A stretch of 64,000 nucleotides of DNA from Candidatus Poribacteria bacterium (GCA_963665235.2 CAXXLX010000001.1:2624001-2688000); one strand, 5' to 3'; numbered from the stretch's first letter, positions 9,084 to 19,506 are shown. The notes: generated from the sequence alone by a model not told the origin. Made by a program: numbers and translations.

Positions 9084-10202
9084 TTAATTCGCTTCGTGCA
9101 AACTCTTCAGAAAAAGCCTGCCGACATCAAGATTATAGTCAAAATCGGTTGCTGCCCAAGGGCTGTTATACCCGATAATAGGCACATAACTTTCATGCCG
9201 CGAGCCGTGTGAACGGACAGAAGCCGGTTCCACTGCCGTGTCCAATTCGCCGAAGACCGTGTTTTTATCTGCAAGCACAAAAATGTCGCCAATCCGCTCA
9301 GGGTGAAGACGAAATGTGTTTGCGGCATCTTCAGCCGTGTATACCTCTTCAACACCGGGGGTATTCAGCAGCCGCTGCACTGCTTGTTCGGTATCCGTTC
9401 GGTTTTCCAGAAAAATGTATGCCGCGCCGCCCAAGTTGCTGTGATGTGCGACATATCGGTCTTTGATAATCGGGATAGCGTTTGCAGGTATACCGTGCTG
9501 TGTTAGCACACACCCCGGGTCAATAGCAGTTGTTTTGGGTAGCATACCGTGGTCAGCGGTGATGTATATCTCGCGTTCCGGGTCATCATCAACGATATCC
9601 CCGATGATTCGGTCAAGTTCTGCAGTATGCTGCTGTGCCAGTTCCGCCTCCGGTGGATATTTATGCTGAACCCAATCCGTTGTTGAACAGTAGACCAGCT
9701 CCGGATTATACACTCGTAACGTATACCGCACAGCACGTAGTAGCCACCAATTGATTTCAACGGAGTAAATCGGCTCCGCTGCCCCAACCGCTTTGACGTA
9801 TTCAGTGGGAGGGGCTTCAGCGGCAACTGCAATATCAGCACCCGCTGCTAGCATCCGTAACAACTTTTCCTTAGTGACAAATAGGGCAGTTTTATCGGCA
9901 AATTTTGTGGATTTAGCAACCTCAAACAGTGTTGGGGCGAGGAGAAAACGGTTATCCTCAATGAATTCCCCCTTTCCGGTGCGTCTATCCACGTGATAAT
10001 TTGTCGTAATACCGTGCGTCATCGGAAACGTTCCCGTTGCAATGCTGACGTTATTGACATTCGTCACAGATGGAATAACGGCGTTAGCGTGCCGATAGAA
10101 ACCGGCTGCTGCCAGCTTTCGGATGTTAGGAATTTCGCTCGCTGCCAGGTAGTCGTGGCTACCCGCATCAATACAGAGGATGAGAATTTTCCGTTTTTTC
10201 AT
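9084..10202 (-). CDS. phnA: Phosphonoacetate hydrolase-like alkaline phosphatase superfamily protein
   Basis: IPSVTNVNNVSIATG, TTDWVQHKY, TADHGM, RSHGS motifs. Confidence 0.7.
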   Translation of the reverse strand: MKKRKILILCIDAGSHDYLAASEIPNIRKLAAAGFYRHANAVIPSVTNVNNVSIATGTFPMTHGITTNYHVDRRTGKGEFIEDNRFLLAPTLFEVAKSTKFADKTALFVTKEKLLRMLAAGADIAVAAEAPPTEYVKAVGAAEPIYSVEINWWLLRAVRYTLRVYNPELVYCSTTDWVQHKYPPEAELAQQHTAELDRIIGDIVDDDPEREIYITADHGMLPKTTAIDPGCVLTQHGIPANAIPIIKDRYVAHHSNLGGAAYIFLENRTDTEQAVQRLLNTPGVEEVYTAEDAANTFRLHPERIGDIFVLADKNTVFGELDTAVEPASVRSHGSRHESYVPIIGYNSPWAATDFDYNLDVGRLFLKSLHEAN

Positions 10203-10498
10203 GCGATGTGTGTGCTCCGTTATCCCTTTTTTCTGCCCATTTGTCCTACCTGCCTTCTGAAAAAAATTATAGCACAATTCTTTTTAATTGCCAATTGATA
10301 TTGTGTTGTGGGTGGAAGAGGGGAAGGATGGAAAATTGAAAGGCAGAAGAGTGGAAGCCGCAATATCCTTGCAATATATCACTACGGTATCAGCATTTTA
10401 CAAAGCACGGCAAAGTTGCCTGCAATGAACGTGTAGAAATACACGTCACCGTGACCAATTCACCCGCTTGGTTCTTACCCACCCAATACGCACCACGT

Positions 10499-11340
10499 CT
10501 AAGGTTCAAGTTCCCACAAAAGAATAGTGCCATCATCACTCCCACTAGCGATGGTATTCCCATCCGGACTAAACGACACACTATTGACCCAACCCGTATG
10601 TCCTTTGAGTGTTGTGATAATTTTTCCAGTGTTTGTGTTCCATAGCCGAATAGTCTTGTCCCCACTCCCACTAGCGATGGTATTCCCATCCGGACTAAAC
10701 GACACGTTACTGACTCCTGCCGTATGTCCCGTGAGTGTTGTGATAAGTTGTCTAGTGTTTGTGTTCCATAGCCGAATAGTCTTGTCCATACTCCCACTAG
10801 CGATGGTATTCCCATCCGGACTAAACGACACGCTAAGGACCGGTCTTGTATGTCCTATGAATATTGTGATAAGTTCTCCAGTGTTTGTGTCCCATAGGTG
10901 AATGGTAGCGTCAAGACTCCCACTAACTATAGTGTTCCCATCCGGGCTAAACGACACGCTTTCGACATTATACTTATCTTCTAGTAGCGTTCTGATAATT
11001 TTTCCAGTGTTTGTGTCCCATAGGCGAATAGTTCCATCATCACTCCCACTAACGACGGTATGACCATCCGGGCTAAACGACACGCTATTGACATCACCCA
11101 TACCTCCTTTGAGTGTTCTGATGAGTTCACCTGTGCTTAGGCTCCATAAACGAATAGTTTTGTCCACGCTTCCACTAACGATGGTATTCCCATCCGGACT
11201 AAACGACACGCTTTCGACTATATGCATATCTCCAGTGAGTGTTGTGATAAGTTGTCTTGTGTTTGTATCCCATAGGTGAATGAGACCGTAACGGTTAGAA
11301 GCGCAAACAAAATCGTTAGCGTCAAAAACCCGTTTTTCAT
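10499..11340 (-). pseudogene. WD40-repeat protein with signal peptide in a different frame from the repeats
   Basis: Six ~42-aa WD40 repeats (VSFSPDGNTIASGSxDxTIRLW); AAGGAG + ATG at 11340 encodes MKNGFLTLTILFALLTVTVS out of frame. Confidence 0.75.
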
Positions 11341-11588
11341 GAGGGGTGTCTCCTTTTATCTTCTTATGCGCATCTTTCGTGTCGTGGTAAAGTTGCCTGT
11401 GGTAAGCACTCTGATAGATACCCATAGACTTATGCCCAAATCTAACAAGCGAACCAACTATATAGGAAATAGTACAACACCTTTGACAGATATTGTCAAG
11501 GAAAAAGAACGGACACCGAATCAGGATAGTCCTATCTTGCGGATGGAAGGATGGAAGATTGGTAAGGGTGAAGGAGTGAAAGAACCGT

Positions 11589-12662
11589 TCACGTTGACAG
11601 ATAGTATTGCAGTTCATCCAACACAACTGTCGCATAGCCGCCCGGGGGCAACGTAAAACAGATACCTAATCCCAAGTCAACAGTCGTAACCTGATGCAGT
11701 TCCATAGGCATACGCAGTGAGCGGCGCGTTCCCGGCAACCGGATTCCCACAGCTTCGCGAAACGCTTCGAGCTCAACGCCTTCCGCTGCGAGGCATTCCG
11801 CCTCTAACGCCTCCACTACACCGACCGGTTGACGCATCTTGTAACCGAAAATGGGGCCCGAAGGACTAATCTCAAACGCATCTGCCCGCGGCTGCTCCAG
11901 GGCAGCGTTTTCGACAAGAAACGGCGCACCGTTGCTGTGTTTCACCGCAATGTCGCCAGGGAGAAGGTTCCCCAAGTTAGGCAGTCGCTTCTCCAAAACA
12001 GCGTTAAACAGATATGCCTGATATGCCGACAGAAACAGTTTCCGCAGCCGATGTGGAATGCGGGTGACCGCTTTCTCGAAAGCTCCCCGCTTCGCTTTTC
12101 GCTCCACCTGGCTTGCGAATCCGCTGAACTGTACGGGGTCATCAGCAAGCAGATAACGCACGGCTGTCTCCCATTCCGCTTTCAGCAACGCCTTCCCAAT
12201 CAGGTGTGTGTTCTGCTTATTCCCGAACCGTTGTGCACCGAATCGATTCGGCACACCTTCAGTTGCTAAGCGCGTCATCGCCTTTTTAACAGGCAGCAGG
12301 ACCCTTGGAGAGACATCACACACTGTTATCTCGAACCGGTTGCCCCGGAGCTGTCCTACCCGTAATTTGCGCAGGTGCCGTTCCGCCCACAAAACTTCAA
12401 TATTAGGGAGTGCCAATGCCAAAACCTGTTCAGGCGAGACATCCTCTACGGACAAAACCTGTGTTGTCACAGCGTTTTTATCCTTTAGACCTGCGTATCC
12501 AAACTGACGTGTATTCACCTGCAATGCTTCTGCAAGCTGGTTAATCGCCTTCAACGTGTCCAGATTGCGTTTCCGGATAGCAAAAAACGTGTGTTTGCCT
12601 GTTCCGGAAGGTTCATAAAGTGGTAGTTCTTCAACGATGAAATGTTCAGGTTCAAACTTCAT
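11589..12662 (-). CDS. truD: tRNA pseudouridine(13) synthase TruD
   Basis: YAGLKDKNAVTTQ, GNRF, PNRFGAQRFG, FTLPPGGYAT. Confidence 0.95.
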   Translation of the reverse strand: MKFEPEHFIVEELPLYEPSGTGKHTFFAIRKRNLDTLKAINQLAEALQVNTRQFGYAGLKDKNAVTTQVLSVEDVSPEQVLALALPNIEVLWAERHLRKLRVGQLRGNRFEITVCDVSPRVLLPVKKAMTRLATEGVPNRFGAQRFGNKQNTHLIGKALLKAEWETAVRYLLADDPVQFSGFASQVERKAKRGAFEKAVTRIPHRLRKLFLSAYQAYLFNAVLEKRLPNLGNLLPGDIAVKHSNGAPFLVENAALEQPRADAFEISPSGPIFGYKMRQPVGVVEALEAECLAAEGVELEAFREAVGIRLPGTRRSLRMPMELHQVTTVDLGLGICFTLPPGGYATVVLDELQYYLST

Positions 12663-12703
12663 ACTCCGTTTGCTCCTTGTGATACCGAACTTATAGGTAT
12701 CGT

Positions 12704-14440
12704 TTACGGTTTTTTGGACGCGCCCCTATCTTTCGACGATGGAACCGCTGGCTCCACATACAACGTCTTCTCGCGTGAGTAATGCACATACCCCGGCGCG
12801 CTGCCCTTCCGCTTGATAACGTACCGCACCCACGTATAATCCACGGGGACATTACCCGCGTGATGCGCTTTACTGAAATAGGCCGCAAGTTGCGCCGCTT
12901 CCAATAAGGTCGGCATCGGAATATCGGGACGGTTTTCAGGGTTCCGGACAATAACGTGTGACCCTTGCGCCTGCTTCGCGTGGAGCCACATATCGCGCGG
13001 CTTAGCAACTTGGCGCAGAAGCAGGTCGTTGGACTCACTGTTGCGACCGACATAAATCTGAAATCCGTTGGAAGAAATATATTTTCGGAAGGGGCCCTCA
13101 CTCAGCTCCTGCTGTTTTTTACCCCGTTTTTGTGCCTTGATATACCCCTTTTCAATAAACTCGGTATGAAGGCGACGCAGCACGTCCAGTGTATCAGCCG
13201 CCTCAACCCTCAATTCATAAGCGTGGAGGACCGCCTGCGTTGCCTCAAGTTCAGCGAGCCGCTGTTGAATTTGTGAATGCCCGCGTTTCGCCTTGCTGTA
13301 TTTTTTGAAATAGGTTTGCGCGTTTTGGGAAGGGGTCAATTGCGGGTCAAGCGGAATTGAAATCGTCTCGAGTTCTGGACTGTAGTAATTTTGCAATTCG
13401 ACCTGTTTCTGCCCGCGTTTCATAGTGTGTAGGTTTGCAAGGAGCAGCTCCCCCTGAATTCGGAAATCTTCCGCTTTCTCTGCCTGTTCCAAGTCTTTCC
13501 ATAGAGCGTTCACCGTTCGCTGGCATAAACGTTGCTGTTTTTGCAGGGCTTGCGTCAGGGTACGTTGTTGCGATGCAATTTTCTCCTTTAGGTTGATAGC
13601 ATCGTAATAAGCCGTGAGTGCCTCGCTCATCGTTTCAAACGTTTGTGCGGTGGCATTCGGAAATTGCTGCAACGGCATAGAGGACGCGGCTATCGGGGTG
13701 TCGTTTTCTGTGAGCAGTTGAGGCCTAGCATGCATCGGTTCAAAATAGTCGATAACCTGCTGATAGGCATTCCACATATCTGTCTGCTCTGCCCTCGCCA
13801 CAATTTCCTTTGCAAGCATCGGACTCAGCCCATCAATTTGACTAAAGAGCGATTTCCAGCGCACAGTTTCAACGTTAGACGACAGGAAAAGCTCTCTAAA
13901 CGTTTCCCTATCTAATGCCAACGGGTCCAATTTTTCCTGTTGCGGAGGCAAACGGTATATTTCGTCCGGGAGCACTACCCGGTGGCGGCTCATCGTGTCA
14001 TCAATGTGTTTCAGACACTCCAGAATTCTGTCATCTGCTGTGTCAATCAGGATAAGATTGCTGTGTTTCCCCATAAATTCAGCGATAATTGATTTTGGTG
14101 ATGCTGGAGGTGAGTCATTCGCTTCGGGCTGGACAGTTATTTTTAGGATTCTATCATAACCTATCTGCTCAATTTCAACAATCGTTCCCTGTTTAAGATG
14201 TGTCCCTATAAAATCCGCTATATAGGACTGCTTTTGCCTGGGCGGCGGTTTCTGAATGAGGTGGGCACGGGCATGCACGGGATGTGCAGATACGGTGAGC
14301 CAATAGGTTTGAGCATCGCGAACCACCTTAAATGAAAAGGTGTTCGCGTTCGCTTGTTCAATATGCCGAATTGTACCATGCAGCAACGTTTGACGCAATT
14401 CGTCTGTGACAAGCCGTAAAGCTAAACTATCATAAGACAT
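12704..14440 (-). CDS. rqcH: NFACT/RqcH (FbpA-like) ribosome quality control protein
   Basis: EFMGKHSNLIL, NAQTYFKKYSKAKR, VGRN, WLHAK-GSHV, AAQLAAYFSKA; start set at MSYD. Confidence 0.9.
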   Translation of the reverse strand: MSYDSLALRLVTDELRQTLLHGTIRHIEQANANTFSFKVVRDAQTYWLTVSAHPVHARAHLIQKPPPRQKQSYIADFIGTHLKQGTIVEIEQIGYDRILKITVQPEANDSPPASPKSIIAEFMGKHSNLILIDTADDRILECLKHIDDTMSRHRVVLPDEIYRLPPQQEKLDPLALDRETFRELFLSSNVETVRWKSLFSQIDGLSPMLAKEIVARAEQTDMWNAYQQVIDYFEPMHARPQLLTENDTPIAASSMPLQQFPNATAQTFETMSEALTAYYDAINLKEKIASQQRTLTQALQKQQRLCQRTVNALWKDLEQAEKAEDFRIQGELLLANLHTMKRGQKQVELQNYYSPELETISIPLDPQLTPSQNAQTYFKKYSKAKRGHSQIQQRLAELEATQAVLHAYELRVEAADTLDVLRRLHTEFIEKGYIKAQKRGKKQQELSEGPFRKYISSNGFQIYVGRNSESNDLLLRQVAKPRDMWLHAKQAQGSHVIVRNPENRPDIPMPTLLEAAQLAAYFSKAHHAGNVPVDYTWVRYVIKRKGSAPGYVHYSREKTLYVEPAVPSSKDRGASKKP

Positions 14441-14463
14441 GGCATCGGTTTTCCTTAACAAAA

Positions 14464-14616
14464 ACGTGAGCTTGATAATAAATATCCGTTTGCTCTAAAC
14501 CTTTTTTCATCGCGAAAAAAGCGGTATAATTGTAGCATAAACTTCCTAGTTTGTGCTGTTTTTTGCTAAAACTACCAGAGAACGCTGTAGGTCAAAACTT
14601 TTTTTCAAACTCGCAT
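14464..14616. mobile_element. MITE (ACGYGAG ends) carrying one GTAG REP
   Basis: Imperfect TIRs, 8-bp target duplication TAACAAAA; inverted sister copy at 57437..57588. Confidence 0.85.
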
Positions 14617-14656
14617 TAACAAAACGGACAGTTAACGGGCCGTTTATCCTATCCGC

Positions 14657-15595
14657 TTAATGATATTTTTTCAATTTTTGCGTTGCCTTGAGAATTTTTT
14701 CCCGAATTTCGGAGGGTACACGTGGGTTAAATGGACCCCCAGTGCCCGCCTCAATATCGTCAAATTCGTTTAAAATTATTGCCTCTACCACGGCAGAATA
14801 GTTGTAAATCCGCTCATTCATAAAACGGATTTCTTCAAAGGGGGAAAGCTCTGCTTCAATGTTTGCAGCAGCGTCGTAATCGCCGCGTCGGTGGGCATTG
14901 TTAATTTCGTCCGAAGCGCGGGCATAAGCGATAGCTATGCCCGAAGTGTGCCCTTTCGTGCCTAAGACTGCGGGATACGTACACCGGTCACCGATACCCC
15001 ATATAACCAAACCGTTATCGCCAATACCCTCCACAAGTGGGGTTACATCTTCGTTATCGGTCCCAACTTTCACAGCGATGAAATGCGGTGAATCGTTTAG
15101 CAATCGGATGACAGCAGCCAGGTCGCGCTTTTGTCGAAAATAGTAGATAAACTTGGCGTTGCTGTTTTCGCCGTAACGTTCACCAAATTTCATATACTGT
15201 TCATAAACGCCTTGTGGGCAGGATATACCCGCCAGCGGCATCAACAGATATGCATCGGGGGGTTTGCGAAGTTCAGCTTGTGCCGCAATCAGTTGTCCAG
15301 CCTGATTGATTGGGTTCGGCACGATACCCGATATGAGGATACCGTCTTCCCCTATCTGCTGTTTTGTTTCTTTGATGAGGCGAAGTTGCTCTGTAGCATT
15401 GATATGATGAATGAGGCTCGTTCCCGCAATAGCGATAACCCGTTTACGACCCCCATCTAGGACGTTAGTCCGCATCAAATAGTCAATGTTTTTTGCGTGC
15501 CCTGCGTAATCGATTTTGTCCCCGTTGAAAGGGATAATAGGTATTGCTGTGACAGAGTTAAGTGCATCCAAAAGCGATTGTGTCTCTAGTGCCAT
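14657..15595 (-). CDS. Dihydrodipicolinate synthase-family (class I aldolase/lyase) protein
   Basis: AIPIIPF..KIDY start, IYY and IAVKVG Schiff-base Lys region. Confidence 0.75.
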   Translation of the reverse strand: MALETQSLLDALNSVTAIPIIPFNGDKIDYAGHAKNIDYLMRTNVLDGGRKRVIAIAGTSLIHHINATEQLRLIKETKQQIGEDGILISGIVPNPINQAGQLIAAQAELRKPPDAYLLMPLAGISCPQGVYEQYMKFGERYGENSNAKFIYYFRQKRDLAAVIRLLNDSPHFIAVKVGTDNEDVTPLVEGIGDNGLVIWGIGDRCTYPAVLGTKGHTSGIAIAYARASDEINNAHRRGDYDAAANIEAELSPFEEIRFMNERIYNYSAVVEAIILNEFDDIEAGTGGPFNPRVPSEIREKILKATQKLKKYH

Positions 15596-15606
15596 AATTT
15601 CTCCAA

Positions 15607-16474
15607 CTAAAATCTTTTTCGGAAAAGGAGTGTGCTTACCAAAGCACCCGCGGTGACGTTGGTTTGCACATCTATCTCAAAAGCGTTGAATCGTCCCTGT
15701 TTTAAATTACCGACCTGCTCAGCTTGCTGGCGCACCGTGTTGGAACGTTTTGTTGTGATACGGGCTTCAACTGCACTAATAGCGTGATTTAAAATTACCA
15801 ACCCCAACAAAGTGCGAGCGCGTTCAAAGGTATTATTGGCTTTCTCGCGCAAATCGAAAGCCTCCAGACGCAGTTTTGACCTTGAACCAACAGGAATGTC
15901 GATATCCTTTTCATCTTTTAACGCAGGGTCAAGATCAGCCCAATACCACTCTCCGGTGCGAGCGCGGGTCGCCTCCGAGTCATAGACGTGGTTCCAGTTT
16001 TCATATTGCGTGGCATGTTCAAAATCTTCAACCGGATCCCAATCATCGAACGAACCGAGGCCATCGAATATAACATTTTTCCTCACAAGAGCCCGGTAGT
16101 CGTCCCGTGTATTTGCAGCGGTATGTCGGAGGATGAAGTATGTTGTGAGCAGTCCGACTTCAGCGGCAGCATATAGATAACCGCGCTTTGCCCCTGTATA
16201 GAGTTGTCCTGCTCCGGGCAGGATCAGGCGGCAGCGAATAGAGAAACGCTTCGTTCGGTGATTTCCGAGCTGAATCAGGCGGCATTGCGGGACGCAGGTC
16301 AGCTGTATCCACACCGGAATTAGGAGTTTCATTTGCCATGAAACGTTTTCCCAGTGCAGAGTCAAGATAGAAGGTCGTCAAAGGATTCGGCCCGGAAGCG
16401 TGAGACGCAACGGACAAGCAGAATGATATGCAGCAGACTGTTACGACCGTCAAAATTTGTGTTTTCAGTATCAT
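15607..16474 (-). pseudogene. Frameshifted signal-peptide membrane protein (DUF5683-like)
   Basis: KSPNEAFLYSL (ORF 16160..16474) joins ILPGAGQLY (ORF 15607..16365) across a shift at ~16226-16234. Confidence 0.75.
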
Positions 16475-16486
16475 TTCTTTTCCTTA

Positions 16487-16902
16487 TACCATTTCTAATT
16501 GAAAATGTCTCTTTCTAGTAGCATAAACTTCCAGTTTGTGTTCTTTCTAGTAGCATAAACTTCCAGTTTGTGTGCTTTGTTGTAGCATAAACTTCCAGTT
16601 TGTGTTCTTTCTTGTAGCATAAACTTCCAGTTTGTGTTCTTTCTAGTAGCATTAAACTTCCAGTTTGTGTGCTTTGTTGTAGCATAAACTTCCAGTTTGT
16701 GTGCTTTGTTGTAGCATAAACTTCCAGTTTGTGTGCTTTGTTGTAATAAACTTCCAGTTTGTGTTCTTTTAGTAGCATAAACTTTTGTGTTCTTTCTAGT
16801 AGCATAAACAGTTTGTGTTCCAGCATAAACTTTTAGTTTGTCTTCCGTTCTCCGTTTCATTTCTAACAACCGGTAATGATAGAATAATTAATAAAAATGG
16901 TA
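16487..16902. mobile_element. MITE (TACCATTT ends, TTA target duplication) containing ~11 tandem REP units of ~32 bp
   Basis: Same ends and body as 29637..29785; internal GTAGCATAAACTTCCAGTTTGTG array at 16518-16842. Confidence 0.85.
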
Positions 16903-18030
16903 TTAGAAGACGACGCTTCCTGTTGCTTCAAGAAGTTGTTCCCGATTTGGACCAAGTGACGGCCTGTATGTCAAATCCAATTTGAATATGTAGGCGTGTA
17001 CGCCGATGCCGTAAGTGAGATGGTCTGTGAAGCCTGGGAGGATAATCCCGGGCTCAATTTTGTAGCCTATCCGGAGGGAGAGTAGGTTGCCGAGCAGATA
17101 TTCCACGCCGAGGTTTTTCTGTAGATGTCGCCATTCAAAAGCGCGGATACCGACTCCCCTGTCGGAGAGAAGTTGTTCCCGCGTCAGTTTCTCCGCTTCC
17201 CCTCTTTCAGCGTTGAGCCGTTCCAAATCCGAGACAAGCACCTCTTCATCTTCTGCTAGCTTATCAATGTATGCGGTGATACCGCTAACGAGAAGAAGGT
17301 GGTTAAATCTATCTCGGTAAATGCTCGTTGACGTGCCGAGTCGAAGCAACCGCGGCAACGGATCCGCTTGATTTTCATCAATAAAGGAGATGCTGGGACC
17401 GACATTCTGTATCGCTGCACCGATAGTCGTCGGGGTTAGATGGAACGGCAACAAGTACTGCACACCAAGGTCTATGGCGTAGGAGCTTCCGCTTTCTCGG
17501 CCGAGGACCATGCGAATCATTTTACCATTAATTCCTGCTGACAGAGAGTCAGTAATTTTGTCCGCATAAGATAATGTTAATGCGAAGTTTGTGCCGAGGC
17601 TCTCTTCTCGGATTATCTCCGGGGAGTCCGCTGTTACAGCAATTGTGCCTTGGCCCTGGATTTGAAGTGTCGCGCCGATAGTTCCGGCAGTGCCGAGGGG
17701 CATCGCGCCAGAAAGGAAGGTATAATATAATCCCGCGCCTGCCTCACCAAAGAGTCCGCTATAATCTGCGTAGAACATTGACGCTTGCCAAGCCTTTTGA
17801 CCTGAACGGATTTTACTGTCAGGCATATCTGCTAAACCGCTTGGGTTCCAGAGCGATGCCGTTACGTCCCCAGACATGGCGGAGAAGGCATCCCCAAGGG
17901 CCCTTGCACGCGCCCCACCACCTAAACTCAAAATTTGTGCACCTGTACGCCCCGGCCCCGCCAAACCTGTGGCAGGTAAAAATGTAACTAGCCATAAAAG
18001 AAGTAAAGTGAAAAATCTAATCCTAATCAT
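16903..18030 (-). CDS. PorV/PorQ-family outer-membrane beta-barrel protein
   Basis: Signal peptide; GAQILSLGGGARARALGDAF...WNPSGLA; QNVGPSISF..QADPLP; C-terminal Phe. Confidence 0.8.
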   Translation of the reverse strand: MIRIRFFTLLLLWLVTFLPATGLAGPGRTGAQILSLGGGARARALGDAFSAMSGDVTASLWNPSGLADMPDSKIRSGQKAWQASMFYADYSGLFGEAGAGLYYTFLSGAMPLGTAGTIGATLQIQGQGTIAVTADSPEIIREESLGTNFALTLSYADKITDSLSAGINGKMIRMVLGRESGSSYAIDLGVQYLLPFHLTPTTIGAAIQNVGPSISFIDENQADPLPRLLRLGTSTSIYRDRFNHLLLVSGITAYIDKLAEDEEVLVSDLERLNAERGEAEKLTREQLLSDRGVGIRAFEWRHLQKNLGVEYLLGNLLSLRIGYKIEPGIILPGFTDHLTYGIGVHAYIFKLDLTYRPSLGPNREQLLEATGSVVF

Positions 18031-18237
18031 GGAAAAAGCCTGCTGATATATCGTAGCTGTAATGAGTATCCTGCTACGAAAAATCGCTTCTCCTCCTTGC
18101 TTACCTGAATTCAATATTTATTTAACATTTATAATAACGTAAATTGCCCTAATTAAGTTTACTTTTATTGGGAGATGAGGTCTATATAGGGCAAATTCTT
18201 GAAGGGTGTGTGAAGAATATTTTATAGTAAATGGTTC

Positions 18238-18373
18238 GAGGGTTTTCGTTGAAATAATGATGAGGTGAGTGCCCTCATACCCCTCTATTCCATCTCCGTT
18301 TTAAGATAGAAGGGTCTCATCACGATTTTGTCCACTTATCCTAAAGTGTATCACAAGTGTGCAAAAATGTCAA
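18238..18373 (-). promoter_or_regulatory. sigma70 promoter plus ~110-nt structured leader, copy A
   Basis: TTGACA-17-TACACT (18373-18345); leader nearly identical to 19847..19960 in inverted orientation. Confidence 0.7.
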
Positions 18374-18506
18374 GTCCCAATCAAAAAAGGGTGTGTAAAG
18401 TTTTTGTACACCTGTTTGTAGTAGGGCGATTCATCGCCCGTCGTGTCCGATCGTTTCTCTATTCGTCCACCGTTTATAGTCCAGCATATACTTATTGGGA
18501 CCTTTT

Positions 18507-19038
18507 GTAGCACATACTTCCCAGTTTGTGTGTTTTTTGTAGCACATACTTCCTAGTTTGTGCAGGTTTGTAGTAGCATAAACTTCCTAGTTTGTGCGTA
18601 TCTTTTGTAGCACATACTTCCCAGTTTGTGTGTGTTTTTTGTAGCACATACTTCCCAGTTTGTGCAGGTTTGTAGTAGCACATACTTCCTAGTTTGTGCA
18701 GGTTTGTAGTAGCATAAACTTCCTAGTTTGTGCGTATCTTTTGTAGCACATACTTCCCAGTTTGTGTGTGTTTTTTGTAGCACATACTTCCCAGTTTGTG
18801 CAGGTTTGTAGTAGCACATACTTCCCAGTTTGTGCAGGTTTGTAGTAGCATAAACTTCCTAGTTTGTGCGTATCTTTTGTAGCACATACTTCCCAGTTTG
18901 TGTGTGTTTTTTGTAGCACATACTTCCCAGTTTGTGTGTGTTTTTTGTAGCACATACTTCCCAGTTTGTGTGTGTTTTTTGTAGCACATACTTCCCAGTT
19001 TGTGCAGGTTTTTTGTAGCACATACTTCCCAGTTTGGG
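18507..19038. repeat. Tandem array of 16 GTAG REP units, 34-bp period
   Basis: GTAGCAYAWACTTCCYAGTTTGTG at 18507, then 18539, 18573 ... 19015. Confidence 0.95.
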
Positions 19039-19140
19039 CAGATGCGGACACAAACCAAATGAAGATTAAAGAAGTGATCCGGTAATTGCCCAACCCTAGA
19101 CATCTGCTCTAATGTTTCTCGGGTGTTCTGAATCACGGAA

Positions 19141-19445
19141 GGCACGGAGAACGCGGAGAACGCGGAGTATGTTGTTCTTTCTATAAAGATATCGCCCCGA
19201 TGGGGCTAGGTTGTGGGATGTTTGGGTTTTCTATAAAGATACCGCCCCGATGGGGAAACCGCGCTTCTGTCCAAGCGTATTCGCCCAAATGCAACGGGCA
19301 TTCTGACAAAAAAACGCACAGATGTTAACAAAAAACCTCTGCTTTCCGCGTTCTCCGCGTTCTCCGTGCCTCCCGCGATTTGCAGCGTATTCGCCCAAAT
19401 GCAACGGGCATTCTGACAACACACGCGCGAAATCCATCCTGCCCT
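19141..19445. repeat. Composite cluster: 9-mer CRCGGAGAA runs, CTATAAAGATATCGCCCC hairpins and two copies of a ~45-60-bp element
   Basis: Same modules recur at 34240-34440 and 50043-50200. Confidence 0.75.
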
Positions 19446-19475
19446 CTATTATAGTACAAAAACTTTACACACCCC

Positions 19476-19504
19476 TTGACATTTTTGCCCGCTTGTGTTA
19501 CACT
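19476..19504 (+). promoter_or_regulatory. sigma70 promoter, copy B (separated from its leader by a MITE)
   Basis: TTGACA-17-TACACT; spacer nearly identical to copy A. Confidence 0.7.
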
Positions 19505-19506
19505 TT

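Noticed and set aside
11341-11635. N-terminal extension of the WD40 ORF
   Set aside because: Overlaps truD and intergenic repeats; the RBS-linked start is at 11340 in another frame
16495-16869. Repetitive ORFs (HKLEVYAT / TNWKFML)
   Set aside because: Translations of a 32-bp non-triplet DNA repeat; no RBS; open in several frames
18492-19145. Array as CRISPR or as repeat-protein genes
   Set aside because: Linkers are only 10 bp and recur; the 34-bp period is not a multiple of 3; no cas genes
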